A stretch of 64,000 nucleotides of DNA from the NCBI GenBank assembly GCA_051874735.1, contig JBJEGD010000004.1, forward strand, positions 110,071-174,070, in the 5' to 3' direction. Within the stretch, counting starts at the first letter, position 1. Every line of letters starts with the position of its first letter. The stretch is from Candidatus Bruticola sp. GTDB lineage: Bacteria; Vulcanimicrobiota; Xenobia; Xenobiales; Xenobiaceae. Made by a program: the position numbers and the translations under genes. Of the stretch, positions 36,657 through 46,276 are shown one piece after another. The notes beneath the pieces are model-generated. The model was not told the DNA's origin, did not search any database, and worked only from the letters and a program-made list of their open reading frames with translations.

Positions 36657-38924
36657 ATGCCAGGGTGGGATAATTTGGCATTATCGGCGATTATGTACAA
36701 AAATTTATGGATTTTTACATTTTTAATTGCTTGTTTATTATGTTTAGTAGCTGTCCGGAGTGCATGGGCTGAGCCTGCTGGGGATAATGATGGAGTGTCT
36801 CCTGTTTTGATTAAAATTCCCGATGACTCTATTGAGGAAAAGGCTCAGCCCATAACTAGTTCTTCGAGTTCAAAAACTTCTGTATCTCAGAGTGCTCCTG
36901 CTAAAGAAGCGCCTGCTGCTAAAAATACCTCCAAAAGCAAGGTCAAAACTTCCACCAGCAGTAAAAAAGCATCCCGAACTTCTGGAGGCTTTCCGTGGGG
37001 GAAAAAATATAGCCGCACCAGTTTAAAAAAACATCGGGCCCCTTCTGTACCAGCACCTACTGAAGCTCCTTCACCATATAAGAATGGTAAAAATACCTCA
37101 GACTCTGATACTTCATCAGGTAACGTCAAAAAAGCCTCTGGAGCTTCGGCTACGATAAATAATGTTAGAAAAGGACGGAATATCAGCTCTAAACAAGCAT
37201 CTTCAGATTTGCCTGCTCAAATTGTAATTGGTCCGCCTAAAAATATTACTGTTCTGGCCAAGGGACGAACTTATCCTTTATCGATCCGCACAACCGGCAT
37301 TGAAGACGAATATTTTGTACCTATCGAAGCTGCCGGGATAAAATCGATTGCTTCTCTATTTGGAGCTTCGTCTTGGATTTGGAGTAAGGAGAGCCAGACT
37401 TTAAGTGTAACAAAAAACGGACGTACCAATACTTTAAAAGTAGATCAGTTAAAGTTAGCTGACGAGTTGGGAGGGCGAACGCTCGATGTTGGTATTAGAG
37501 AGATAAACGGTCAATACTGCTGTCCTATTTCTATTTTAGAAGATTTCTTAGATGTACGTGTAACCGTTGATGGAACTAAAGGTAAAGGTTGGATTGAACC
37601 TTTAATTACTTCGGTGCGTTTAGACGGCAGCGGGTCTAATCTAACACTTAATGTTAATGCTAGCGCGCCAGTTTCTTTCTCTACTTTTAAATTGTCTAAG
37701 CCAGATCGTTATGTTATCGATATAGATGGTGGTGTTTTAGATACTTCCAGTTTGAGAGTAAATCATCCCGAAATTGGGGATATTCGTTTAGGCCAGTTTA
37801 CCTTAGGACCGGCTGTGTCGCGTATCGTCGTGCCTACAAACACTAAACTGAATATTACCCCTCCAGTCAGCCGCACGGGAACTGATTTTAAGTTCGCCAT
37901 CAGCTTACCTAGAGCTTCAGTGGCTCAATATAAAAATGAAAAGGTTACCAGCTGTGAAGTCGGCCGTTTTGGAAGTTCAGGCAACGTCAGTAGTAGCGTT
38001 ACTATCGGTTTCAGCGGTCCTGTAATGTATGAGTGGCAGCGCCTGGCCGAGAATAAAAACCGATTCGTCATCGACTTTAAACGGGTAATTTTTCCTGAGA
38101 ATAAAATTTCCAAAAAAATATCTGGCAAGCTGGTTGAACAGGTTCGCATTTCTCAGTATGCAGCTAAACCTGTGCCTATAACGCGCGTAGTTCTCGATTT
38201 GAGCGATGCTGCTGGAGTTAAAGTGAGTTCAGGGCGTACGGCTAACAGCATATGTTTAGAAATTTCAGAGGACAAGATAAATCTTGATACGGCGGCTATG
38301 AGCGGTTCTGGCAGTCTGAGCAGTACTTATGCCTATACTAATGCAGGAGGTGGCAAAACTGTCTGTATAGACGCCGGACATGGCGGCTCAGACTCCGGAT
38401 GTGTAAGCGGTGCTTACGGTTATATGGAAAAGGATATTACTTTAGATATATGTATGAAGTTAGCAGACAACCTGCGACGTCGTGGCTGGAACGTAATTTT
38501 AACTAGAGAGACTGATCGTGACGTCACTTGGGCCGGCTCTTCTAATAGCCAGGAATTGGGAGCGCGTGTAGATATTGGGGCCAAGGGAGGGGCCGATATT
38601 TTTGTAAGCGTTCACTGCAATGCGGCTGCTTCAAGTTCTGCTGAAGGTACTTCTTTGCACGTTTACAAACGTAGCGACCGAGCGTTGGCTGAATGTATGC
38701 ATCCTCATATTATGAAAGCTTCCGGGCGCTATGACCGCGGTATTCAACAGGATCGCTTTTTCGTTTTAGTTCATTCGCAGATGCCTGCGGTGTTAGTAGA
38801 AACAGCCTTTTTAAGTAACAGCACAGAAGCACGCCTTTTAGGAGATCCTAATTACCGTCAATCTATAGCTGATGGTTTGGCTGATGGTATATGTTCTTAT
38901 GCCTCTAGATATTTGCATAAGTAG
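36657..38924 (+). CDS. N-acetylmuramoyl-L-alanine amidase (Amidase_3) with AMIN domains
   Basis: Signal ending AWA-E; S/K/P-rich linker; AMIN-like PDRYVIDI and NRFVIDF...TRVVLDL; catalytic IDAGHGG, EKDI, SVHCNA, VLVETAF. Confidence 0.9.
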   Translation: MPGWDNLALSAIMYKNLWIFTFLIACLLCLVAVRSAWAEPAGDNDGVSPVLIKIPDDSIEEKAQPITSSSSSKTSVSQSAPAKEAPAAKNTSKSKVKTSTSSKKASRTSGGFPWGKKYSRTSLKKHRAPSVPAPTEAPSPYKNGKNTSDSDTSSGNVKKASGASATINNVRKGRNISSKQASSDLPAQIVIGPPKNITVLAKGRTYPLSIRTTGIEDEYFVPIEAAGIKSIASLFGASSWIWSKESQTLSVTKNGRTNTLKVDQLKLADELGGRTLDVGIREINGQYCCPISILEDFLDVRVTVDGTKGKGWIEPLITSVRLDGSGSNLTLNVNASAPVSFSTFKLSKPDRYVIDIDGGVLDTSSLRVNHPEIGDIRLGQFTLGPAVSRIVVPTNTKLNITPPVSRTGTDFKFAISLPRASVAQYKNEKVTSCEVGRFGSSGNVSSSVTIGFSGPVMYEWQRLAENKNRFVIDFKRVIFPENKISKKISGKLVEQVRISQYAAKPVPITRVVLDLSDAAGVKVSSGRTANSICLEISEDKINLDTAAMSGSGSLSSTYAYTNAGGGKTVCIDAGHGGSDSGCVSGAYGYMEKDITLDICMKLADNLRRRGWNVILTRETDRDVTWAGSSNSQELGARVDIGAKGGADIFVSVHCNAAASSSAEGTSLHVYKRSDRALAECMHPHIMKASGRYDRGIQQDRFFVLVHSQMPAVLVETAFLSNSTEARLLGDPNYRQSIADGLADGICSYASRYLHK

Positions 38925-39019
38925 AACTGCAGGGAAACTGAGCTTTTGCTGAGTTGCGATGTCCCTTTCAAATAAAGGCAGGCAGGAAGCCATGTTCTAT
39001 CTGCTGAATGGTGGAGGCT

Positions 39020-40756
39020 ATGAATATGAATAGCTCGGAACGCCTCCAAGCAGCTTTGGCGGGGGCAGAGGTCGACAGGCCTCCTTTTTCTTTTTGGTAC
39101 AATTTTGGTTTGCAACATATGTCTGGCGATGCAGTCGCCGATATCCATATCGCTTTTGCCAGACGTTTTGAACTCGATTATCTTCGGGTTATGAACTCCT
39201 ATCCTTATCCTTTATCGAGTCTGCGCAGTTTTGATAAAGCCAGTGATTTTCTGCAGATTCCTAGTATTGTAGCTGAAGAAGGATTTTGGGGACATCAGTT
39301 GCGCGCTTTAGATAAAATAGTGCGCTATTTTAAAAATCAGATATGGGTGGTAGATTCTGTTGATAGTCCTTGGACAGTTTTATGTAAGCTGTCTAGCCCT
39401 GAGATGGTTTTAAACGCTGCTCGTCGCCGTCCGGAAATAATTAAAGCTGTTCTTGACGTAATTTCTTCTTCTCAAGCTAAATATGTAGCCAAAGCTATCG
39501 ATATAGGTGTCAACGGCATCTTTTTCACCTTAACAGAGGCTGCTTACGATATATTGGATCCTCTAAGTCATGAGGAATTATGCCAACCTTACAATAATAG
39601 AGTTTTGGAAGCTGCCGCTTCTGCTCCGTTTAATATTTTGCGTATTGACAGCAAGCGTCTCTATTTTGATACTCTGAAATCTTATCGTACTCAAGTCGTG
39701 AGCTGGCCTCATTTTTCTGTAAAGCAGTCGTTACGCGGCGGTGCTAGCGAGTGGAAACGCTCTGTTATCGGAGGCATTAATCACGAAACTATCGCCCACG
39801 AAAGTCCCAATAATATAAACGCTTATTTTGAAAAATACGCCGAAGAATTTTTCCAGCCCAACATTATTATCGGCCCAAGTGGTATCCTGCCTTCTGACAT
39901 ATCGCCTTATGTTTTAGACGGCATAGGAGATGCTGTTAGAAGATTGCCAGGATTAGGACGTTTCCTGCGCAATTCTGTGGCTAGAGAGAAAGAAGCTGAG
40001 CATAAGCTCAATATGGAAGAATATTACAGCTCTAGGCCTGTTAAAGAAGAACTGCGCAACTACAGCCGCCGTGAAAAAACGTTGGTGCGTGCTGATGGTT
40101 TTACTGAAGAGCTTTCTGAAGGTAAGTCTGATAGAGAAGAGGCCGCTGGGCTGTCTTTAGATAATCAAGATTTTTCTGATTCTGAAGCTCCGGTAGCTCA
40201 GAATATAAATACTCAAGCTGAAGAGGCGTCGGAGGAACCTAACGGAACAGCTGCCTCTGAAAATGAACCTGTCAGATCGGGAAGAGCGCCTCGCTGGGCT
40301 GCTCGTTTAGTCAGGCGTGATTATGAACGAGAAGATGGGGCTGAATATTCCTCTAAATTATCCAAAGATGATCCTCGCCGTTTCGATATGGCTTATAGGC
40401 AAAATGATAAGAGCGGACGCCGTGGCGATAATGAGCAACGTAGTGAGCGTCCGGCCGGTCGCAGGGAAGGTCGCCGTGGAAGTAGTTCCTCCAACCGCGA
40501 CGGTCAACGCATCAGTCGTGCCAAACAATTCCGTGAAGGTGGGCGTCGTTCCAGCAGTTCCTTTGTCAAGAACTCTGAACGCAGAGAGCGCTTCAGTTCA
40601 AAGCGAGCTGGCCGCGATGATTATCACACTGAGCGTTTTGGCGGCAGAGAAGGGCGTTACAGTAAAAATAGCAACAGTTATAAGGGACGCCGTGAGCGTC
40701 AAAATAGCGGCGGTGGAGTAAAGAGAATTCGCATCACTCGCGATCGTCGATCTTAA
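39020..40756 (+). CDS. Uroporphyrinogen decarboxylase/MtaA-like TIM-barrel protein with long acidic then Arg-rich disordered tail
   Basis: MNSSERLQAALAGAEVDRPPFSFW, SPWT, GVNGIFF, VIGGIN; about 260-aa tail; ATG 39020 follows GGAGG. Confidence 0.78.
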   Translation: MNMNSSERLQAALAGAEVDRPPFSFWYNFGLQHMSGDAVADIHIAFARRFELDYLRVMNSYPYPLSSLRSFDKASDFLQIPSIVAEEGFWGHQLRALDKIVRYFKNQIWVVDSVDSPWTVLCKLSSPEMVLNAARRRPEIIKAVLDVISSSQAKYVAKAIDIGVNGIFFTLTEAAYDILDPLSHEELCQPYNNRVLEAAASAPFNILRIDSKRLYFDTLKSYRTQVVSWPHFSVKQSLRGGASEWKRSVIGGINHETIAHESPNNINAYFEKYAEEFFQPNIIIGPSGILPSDISPYVLDGIGDAVRRLPGLGRFLRNSVAREKEAEHKLNMEEYYSSRPVKEELRNYSRREKTLVRADGFTEELSEGKSDREEAAGLSLDNQDFSDSEAPVAQNINTQAEEASEEPNGTAASENEPVRSGRAPRWAARLVRRDYEREDGAEYSSKLSKDDPRRFDMAYRQNDKSGRRGDNEQRSERPAGRREGRRGSSSSNRDGQRISRAKQFREGGRRSSSSFVKNSERRERFSSKRAGRDDYHTERFGGREGRYSKNSNSYKGRRERQNSGGGVKRIRITRDRRS

Positions 40757-40781
40757 GGTCTTCTATTTATATGTTGATTAA

Positions 40782-40818
40782 GCAGCCTCGAATTTGAAAG
40801 AATTCTGAGGCTGCCTTT
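40782..40818. terminator. Probable bidirectional terminator
   Basis: GCAGCCTCGAATT / AATTCTGAGGCTGC imperfect stem between convergent stops at 40756 and 40840. Confidence 0.6.
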
Positions 40819-40839
40819 AGTTTTGAGCTAGTATCAGTC

Positions 40840-41379
40840 CTAGCGTGTTTTATGGACTGTCGCTGTCGGGAGTATTGGGGCCAGATAACGTAGCGACCAG
40901 ATGATTAACCAAGTATATACGGGTATATGAAACAGTTGAGCTGGCAAAGAAGCCCAACTAATTAAATGCCAAGTATGTAACCAGCTTTCGGTAGGTTGGA
41001 AGAGCATATGTTGAAATATAGGCACCATAAAGAACTTAGTAATTATTTGTCCAGTGGCTACAGCAGCTAGCATTCTCAACCAAGATATATTGTGCTTATT
41101 TAAAAGTTTGGCAGGTATATATCCAGTTAATCCTTGAGTGATGGTAAAACCGGGGAAATAAGGGCCGCTGGGAAATATAACCCATCCTAAAATATCACTT
41201 ATAGCCCCCACCCAGAATCCCGCTTCTGCTCCCAAAATAAAACCTGAGAGAATAATAGGAAAAGCTACAAACCTAAAAAAACCGTGAAAAATAGGCGGGG
41301 TCGGTAGGGCTCGCAGAGTAAGAGTAATGGCGATAAAAACAGCCATGTAGGTTATTTTAGAAATTTTAGAAGCAGGCAA
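40840..41379 (-). CDS. folT: ECF transporter S component, folate (FolT) family
   Basis: About 6 TM; PIILSGFILG...VGAISDILG...SGPYFPGFTITQGLTG is the FolT-type signature. Start uncertain (TTG). Confidence 0.8.
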   Translation of the reverse strand: MPASKISKITYMAVFIAITLTLRALPTPPIFHGFFRFVAFPIILSGFILGAEAGFWVGAISDILGWVIFPSGPYFPGFTITQGLTGYIPAKLLNKHNISWLRMLAAVATGQIITKFFMVPIFQHMLFQPTESWLHTWHLISWASLPAQLFHIPVYTWLIIWSLRYLAPILPTATVHKTR

Positions 41380-41544
41380 GGAATTTATGACATATTTATT
41401 TTAGATTGGGGAACAAACATTTTTATTATATATTAATTAGAGTCAGGGGGAACAGTTTTACTATGTTGGTAACTATTACTTGTTGTGATTTATTGAAAAA
41501 ATTGTGAGAACTGGAACCGAAAGAATAAGCTGAGAGCGTGTAGC

Positions 41545-43182
41545 ATGAATTTTTTTTACTCAAAAAACTGGCTTTTGCTTTGTGCGGCTGCAGCAACCGC
41601 CTTAAGCCTAACCCAATCCGCCCGTTGTTCGTCTGGAGCGAATGAGGTACCTGCTCAGACTGCAGAGGCAGTATCTGGGCAAGTTCAAAGTACGGCATCT
41701 GTTTCTCAAAAAAGTGTACGTGACAGCTATACATCTTTGATGTTGAATGATCTAGAGAAAATGAAGCAATTTCGCAAAGAAGCTTCTATTCCCGATGACG
41801 CCGCTGAGTTGACTCTTTTTCAGGCTGAAGAATATGCATTAAAGTGCAGTCCTATTTTGCAATCCAGCAAATATTCGGCCATGGTGACTCATGAACAGCT
41901 AGGCCAATGGCTTAGTAATATTTATCCTTCAATATCTTTTTCTGCTGGTTTTACTCACAGCGGTATGTTCGCTAATCAAAGTGAGCGGTCTATGACCGAT
42001 CCTATCACTGGACAAACTATTAGTGTCTCTTCCGGAGGAGGCAATAATTCTAGCAGCCGTGTCAATACAGGGATTACTGTAAGCCAGAATTTAATTGACT
42101 TGAGTCGGCGTCCCCTTCTGCGCAGAGCAGAATTAGCTGAGGCTGCCGCTTTAGCTGAGTTAGAGGCTCAACGTCAGGAGGTTCTGCTCAACGTCCGTAA
42201 ATCCTGGTTTGCCTGTTATGTCGATCAGACGATGTTAGTTATTGCATTGGAAAATGTACACAACAAAGAAGCTCGTCTCTATGAAGCTCGTCAGCATTAT
42301 GAGACTGGTTTAAAGGCTAAATCAGAAGTTGTTAGTGCTGAATCTGATTTGGCCGCTGCTCAGCATGAAGTAGTTAAGGCTAAAACGCAGCTTTTAGTTG
42401 ACTGGGTAACTTTAAACGTCAGTATGGGCCGTTCAGAAGCTGAGCCTTATCAGCTTCGTTTAGACCCTTATTGGGAGCATTTTGAACAGATAGATTCGGA
42501 AAAGCTAATAAAAACTGCTATGTCGCATCGGGCTGAGTTGCTTGGTTCGCAAATCGCTTTGCGCTCAGCTCTCAATGAACTTGATGTTATACGCAGTGAT
42601 TATTATCCAACTCTTAAAGCTAGCGGTTCATTGGGCGGAAGTGGCTCTCTCTCTCCTTTTGAGGGCAACTGGAGTTTAGGGGTTAGTTTAAACTGGTCGC
42701 TCTTTGACGGCTATTTGCGCCGTTATGAGGAAAGTGCGCAAAAAATTAAAGCTAGAGCTTTGGCAGAAGACTTTCAGAATCAGCGTTTAAAAATTTATCA
42801 AGAAGTTAAGAGTGCTGAAGTTTCACTTCGTCAATCTAAAGCTTCAATTTCTTCTGCAGAAGCTGCTATGGCTTCAGCAAAAGAAAAATATCGCTTGGCA
42901 GCTGCTCGCTATAAAGTCGGTATTGGTACCAATGTAGAGGTATCAGATGCGGAAGTAAGTTTAGTTCAAGCTCAGTCTGATTATGCCTCAGCTTTAAATG
43001 ATCTGCGTGTAGCTAAAGCTGTCATGATAAAAGCTTTGGGAGTAAATGATATGGATAATCTTCCAGAAATTTCTGAAGAAATACGTTTAGATGAAGTGCC
43101 TGAACTGCCGCAGCCCTTTAACAGCGGTGCTTCGGCTGAAAAAATAAAAGCTGAATTCCCAAGCCTTGGAGAGAATAAATAA
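41545..43182 (+). CDS. tolC: TolC family outer membrane efflux protein
   Basis: Signal peptide; LTL..A...AL; YPSISFS and YYPTL repeats; LNWSLFDG; RYKVGIGTNVEVSDA. Confidence 0.88.
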   Translation: MNFFYSKNWLLLCAAAATALSLTQSARCSSGANEVPAQTAEAVSGQVQSTASVSQKSVRDSYTSLMLNDLEKMKQFRKEASIPDDAAELTLFQAEEYALKCSPILQSSKYSAMVTHEQLGQWLSNIYPSISFSAGFTHSGMFANQSERSMTDPITGQTISVSSGGGNNSSSRVNTGITVSQNLIDLSRRPLLRRAELAEAAALAELEAQRQEVLLNVRKSWFACYVDQTMLVIALENVHNKEARLYEARQHYETGLKAKSEVVSAESDLAAAQHEVVKAKTQLLVDWVTLNVSMGRSEAEPYQLRLDPYWEHFEQIDSEKLIKTAMSHRAELLGSQIALRSALNELDVIRSDYYPTLKASGSLGGSGSLSPFEGNWSLGVSLNWSLFDGYLRRYEESAQKIKARALAEDFQNQRLKIYQEVKSAEVSLRQSKASISSAEAAMASAKEKYRLAAARYKVGIGTNVEVSDAEVSLVQAQSDYASALNDLRVAKAVMIKALGVNDMDNLPEISEEIRLDEVPELPQPFNSGASAEKIKAEFPSLGENK

Positions 43183-44765
43183 TGAAGCGGTTCCTGATAA
43201 TTTTAATCATTGTTGTCATTGCTGTGGGCGGGGGATGGCTGTTGATGCGTTCGATCCATTCCGGCAGCGGTAATGTGTTTCGAACAGCCCAAGTTCGACG
43301 GGGTGACATTCAGTCAGTCGTGACAGCTACAGGTGAGCTTACTGCTGTGACTGCTGTCGATGTCGGCTCCGAGGTGTCCGGTGTAATTGACAAAATTTTT
43401 GTAGAACATAACTCCACTGTAAAAAAAGGACAGATTCTGGCCCAAATAAATCCGGAAACTTTACAAGCTCAGGTCGATAAAGCTGAGGCGAGTTTAGCTC
43501 GTTCCCGTTCTTCTTATGATAGTGCTGTTTCTGATGCTGAAAATTCCAAAGCTGTAGTCAGGAAGGCTGAGGCTTCCTTACTTTCTCAGCAAGCTCAGGC
43601 TAAAAAAAGTCAGGCTGAAGTTGAAAATGCGCGTGCTAATTTAGCAAATTCCCAGGCTAATCTGCATACAGCTAAAGCTAATTTAGCTAAAAGCGAAGCT
43701 GAATATAATAATGCTCGAGCTAATTATGAACGTTGGAATAAGCTTTTTATTCAAGATTTAGTTTCTCGCAGTGAACGCGACGATGCCTATACTTCTATGA
43801 TTACTAATAGAGCTGCTGTAGATGCTTCAAAAGCGAGTCTTGAAGCGGCTGCTGCTTCGGTGAAGAGTGCCGAAATTAATTTGCAGTCAGCTATGATCAG
43901 TTTTGAAGGAGCCCAAGCTGATGTAGAGGCCGCCCGCCTGCAGGTGGAATCTAGCCGTAATGCAGCCGCTTCTTCTGAAGCTGCTGTAGTCGGAGCCGCC
44001 GCTGATGTTCAGCAAGCTGAAGCCAGCTTAAACTCTGCTAAGGTCGACCTTAGCAAAACCAGTATTACCTCACCTATTGACGGTATTGTATTGAGTATTG
44101 AGGTCTCTGAAGGACAGACAGTCGCCTCTCAGTATCAGACCCCTGAGCTTTTCAAATTGGCTCAAAATTTAGATTCTATGCAGGTAGAGGCCACTGTTGA
44201 TGAAGCTGATATTGGCCAAATCAATGTTGGCGATGTGGCCAGTTTTACGGTAGACGCCTGGCCTAATAAAGTTTTTGAAGGCAAGGTACAAGAAGTTCGT
44301 AAGGCTGCGGAAACTACTAATAACGTGGTCACTTTTCCAGTAATTATTTCTACTAATAATCCTGATATGTGCCTGATTCCCGGTATGACCGCTACGGTTA
44401 GTATTCAAACTGTCAAGCACAGTGATATCCTTTTAGTCCCTAGTGCTTCTTTGCGTTTTAAGCCCAGCGATTCTGTGGAAATTGTCAACAAAGAAGAACG
44501 TTCCCAAAATAAAGAGCGGGCTGAGTCTGTTGGCGAGGCTGTGGCGGCGAGCAAGAAGGCTATTCGTGCTCTTTATATTGAAGACAAAGATGATCCAACA
44601 AAATTAGTGCGTGTAGAAGTAACCACAGGATTGACTGATGGTAGTAGGACAGAAGTAACTTCTTCCGAGCTCAAAGAAGGCGACCGTGTAGTAATAGGCA
44701 GTACTGATAAAAGCCTAGTAAAATCGAGCAGCAGCAATAAAAAGCGCGGCGGCCCTCCGTTCTAA
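43182..44765 (+). CDS. Periplasmic adaptor subunit (MacA/HlyD-like) with extended alpha-hairpin
   Basis: N-terminal TM; ATGEL...VDVGSEVSG; ITSPIDGIV; VDEADIG; long Ala-rich coiled coil; TAATG coupling to tolC. Confidence 0.9.
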   Translation: MKRFLIILIIVVIAVGGGWLLMRSIHSGSGNVFRTAQVRRGDIQSVVTATGELTAVTAVDVGSEVSGVIDKIFVEHNSTVKKGQILAQINPETLQAQVDKAEASLARSRSSYDSAVSDAENSKAVVRKAEASLLSQQAQAKKSQAEVENARANLANSQANLHTAKANLAKSEAEYNNARANYERWNKLFIQDLVSRSERDDAYTSMITNRAAVDASKASLEAAAASVKSAEINLQSAMISFEGAQADVEAARLQVESSRNAAASSEAAVVGAAADVQQAEASLNSAKVDLSKTSITSPIDGIVLSIEVSEGQTVASQYQTPELFKLAQNLDSMQVEATVDEADIGQINVGDVASFTVDAWPNKVFEGKVQEVRKAAETTNNVVTFPVIISTNNPDMCLIPGMTATVSIQTVKHSDILLVPSASLRFKPSDSVEIVNKEERSQNKERAESVGEAVAASKKAIRALYIEDKDDPTKLVRVEVTTGLTDGSRTEVTSSELKEGDRVVIGSTDKSLVKSSSSNKKRGGPPF

Positions 44766-44779
44766 AGGATTAGGTTGTT

Positions 44780-45997
44780 ATGAGTTGGCTTATGATTATG
44801 CGCATTGCAGGCTTAGCTCTGCTGCGCAATAAAATGCGTTCTTTTCTGACAATGCTCGGTATCATTATTGGCGTTTCCACGGTAATTACTATGGTCGCTT
44901 TAGGTACGGGCACGCAGAATCGTATTCAATCTAGCATTGCTAATTTAGGAACAAATACTATCACCGTATCTGCTTGGGCTGTACGTCAGGGAGGAGCCCG
45001 CAGCGGTGCTTACGGCAGTTCCCGTCTAACTGTTCAAGACTGCGAGGCTTTGGAAAAAGCTGTGCCTAACTTGGCCAATATTAGTCCTATGACTCAAAAT
45101 ACGGCGCAGATTATCTTTCAAGAGCAAAACTGGTCTACTACAGTGGTGGGATGTGCTGAAAGTTATCAGGCTATCAAAAGTTGGGAACTGACTCGAGGTC
45201 GTTTTATTACTGATGAAGATGTGCGTGCTCGAGTAAAAGTTTGCGTGCTCGGTTCTACTGTGGCTGATGAGCTGTTTCTTGGTGTCGATCCGGTGGGGCA
45301 GAGTGTGCGTATCAATAAAATTCCTGTATTGGTTGTGGGCGTTTTAAAATCTAAAGGTGACGGAGGTTTCGGTCCCAGCCAAGATGATACCGTTTTGGTA
45401 CCTTACACTACTGCTATGTTTCGCCTTTTCAGTTTGCGCTACATACGCAATATTCAATGTTCTGCCTCGAGTAAAGAAACAGTAGATTCATGCGTAGAGG
45501 ATATTACTACTATTTTACGTGCCCGTCATCGTTTACAAGAAAGTGATGAGGACGATTTCCGGGTTAGTACTCAGGCAGAGTTAGCCAGTATGATGGAAGA
45601 ATCGACGCAGACATTCACGTTATTTTTGGGCGGCATTGCTTCTGTTTCGCTGCTGGTTGGCGGTATTGGCATTATGAATATAATGTTAGTTTCTGTAACA
45701 GAAAGAATTAGGGAAATAGGCATCCGTATGGCCTTAGGAGCTAAAGGCAGTGATATTTTACGTCAGTTCCTGGTAGAGTCTCTGATGCTTAGCGTAATTG
45801 GTGGTATTATCGGGGTAATTTTTGCCTTTTTATTGACTTCGTTGGCTGCTCATTTTATGTCTATGAGTATGATGATCTCTCCGACAGCTATTATAGTTGC
45901 CGTACTGTTCTCAGCTACGGTGGGTGTCTTCTTTGGTCTTTACCCAGCCGTGCAAGCCTCTAAGCTCGATCCCATTCAGGCTTTACGCCATGAGTAG
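44780..45997 (+). CDS. MacB-family ABC transporter permease (no fused ATPase)
   Basis: RNKMRSFLTMLGIIIGV, GGIGIMNIMLVSVTERIREIGIRMALGA, FGLYPA...LDPIQALRHE. Confidence 0.93.
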   Translation: MSWLMIMRIAGLALLRNKMRSFLTMLGIIIGVSTVITMVALGTGTQNRIQSSIANLGTNTITVSAWAVRQGGARSGAYGSSRLTVQDCEALEKAVPNLANISPMTQNTAQIIFQEQNWSTTVVGCAESYQAIKSWELTRGRFITDEDVRARVKVCVLGSTVADELFLGVDPVGQSVRINKIPVLVVGVLKSKGDGGFGPSQDDTVLVPYTTAMFRLFSLRYIRNIQCSASSKETVDSCVEDITTILRARHRLQESDEDDFRVSTQAELASMMEESTQTFTLFLGGIASVSLLVGGIGIMNIMLVSVTERIREIGIRMALGAKGSDILRQFLVESLMLSVIGGIIGVIFAFLLTSLAAHFMSMSMMISPTAIIVAVLFSATVGVFFGLYPAVQASKLDPIQALRHE

Positions 45998-46029
45998 CTG
46001 ATATCCGCACCAATCCTTACGATCAAATT

Positions 46030-46076
46030 AGGCTCTGCAAATTGGAACTTAGTTTCCAGCTGCAGAGCCTTTTTTT
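46030..46076 (+). terminator. Intrinsic terminator of the tolC-macA-macB operon
   Basis: AGGCTCTGCA / TGCAGAGCCT stem with inner TGGAA/TTCCA pairing, followed by a T run. Confidence 0.85.
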
Positions 46077-46276
46077 CAGAGAAAATAGCTGTTGCCGACC
46101 TTTCTATATACGCTTGAAGCAGGGATAAACTAGGCTTAAAGTTAAAATTACTTTATAACGTATTAGCATCGCGATATCACTGAAATAATATATCGAAAAA
46201 AAACTTTTTGTGCACAAATAACTTCCTTTGTTGTGTTAAAATGTGCAGAGAATACCAGAGTTGAGAGCTGCTATTT

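Noticed and set aside
40317-40721. 134-aa alternative-frame ORF inside the Arg-rich tail
   Set aside because: Val/Ala richness follows from reading CGT/CGC codons in another frame; no RBS or recognisable domain.
41380-41544. THF riboswitch upstream of folT
   Set aside because: Spacer is AT-rich and shows no recognisable THF aptamer stems on the minus strand.
41426-41734. 102-aa minus-strand ORF
   Set aside because: Overlaps the tolC 5' end antisense and crosses the divergent promoter; no coding features.
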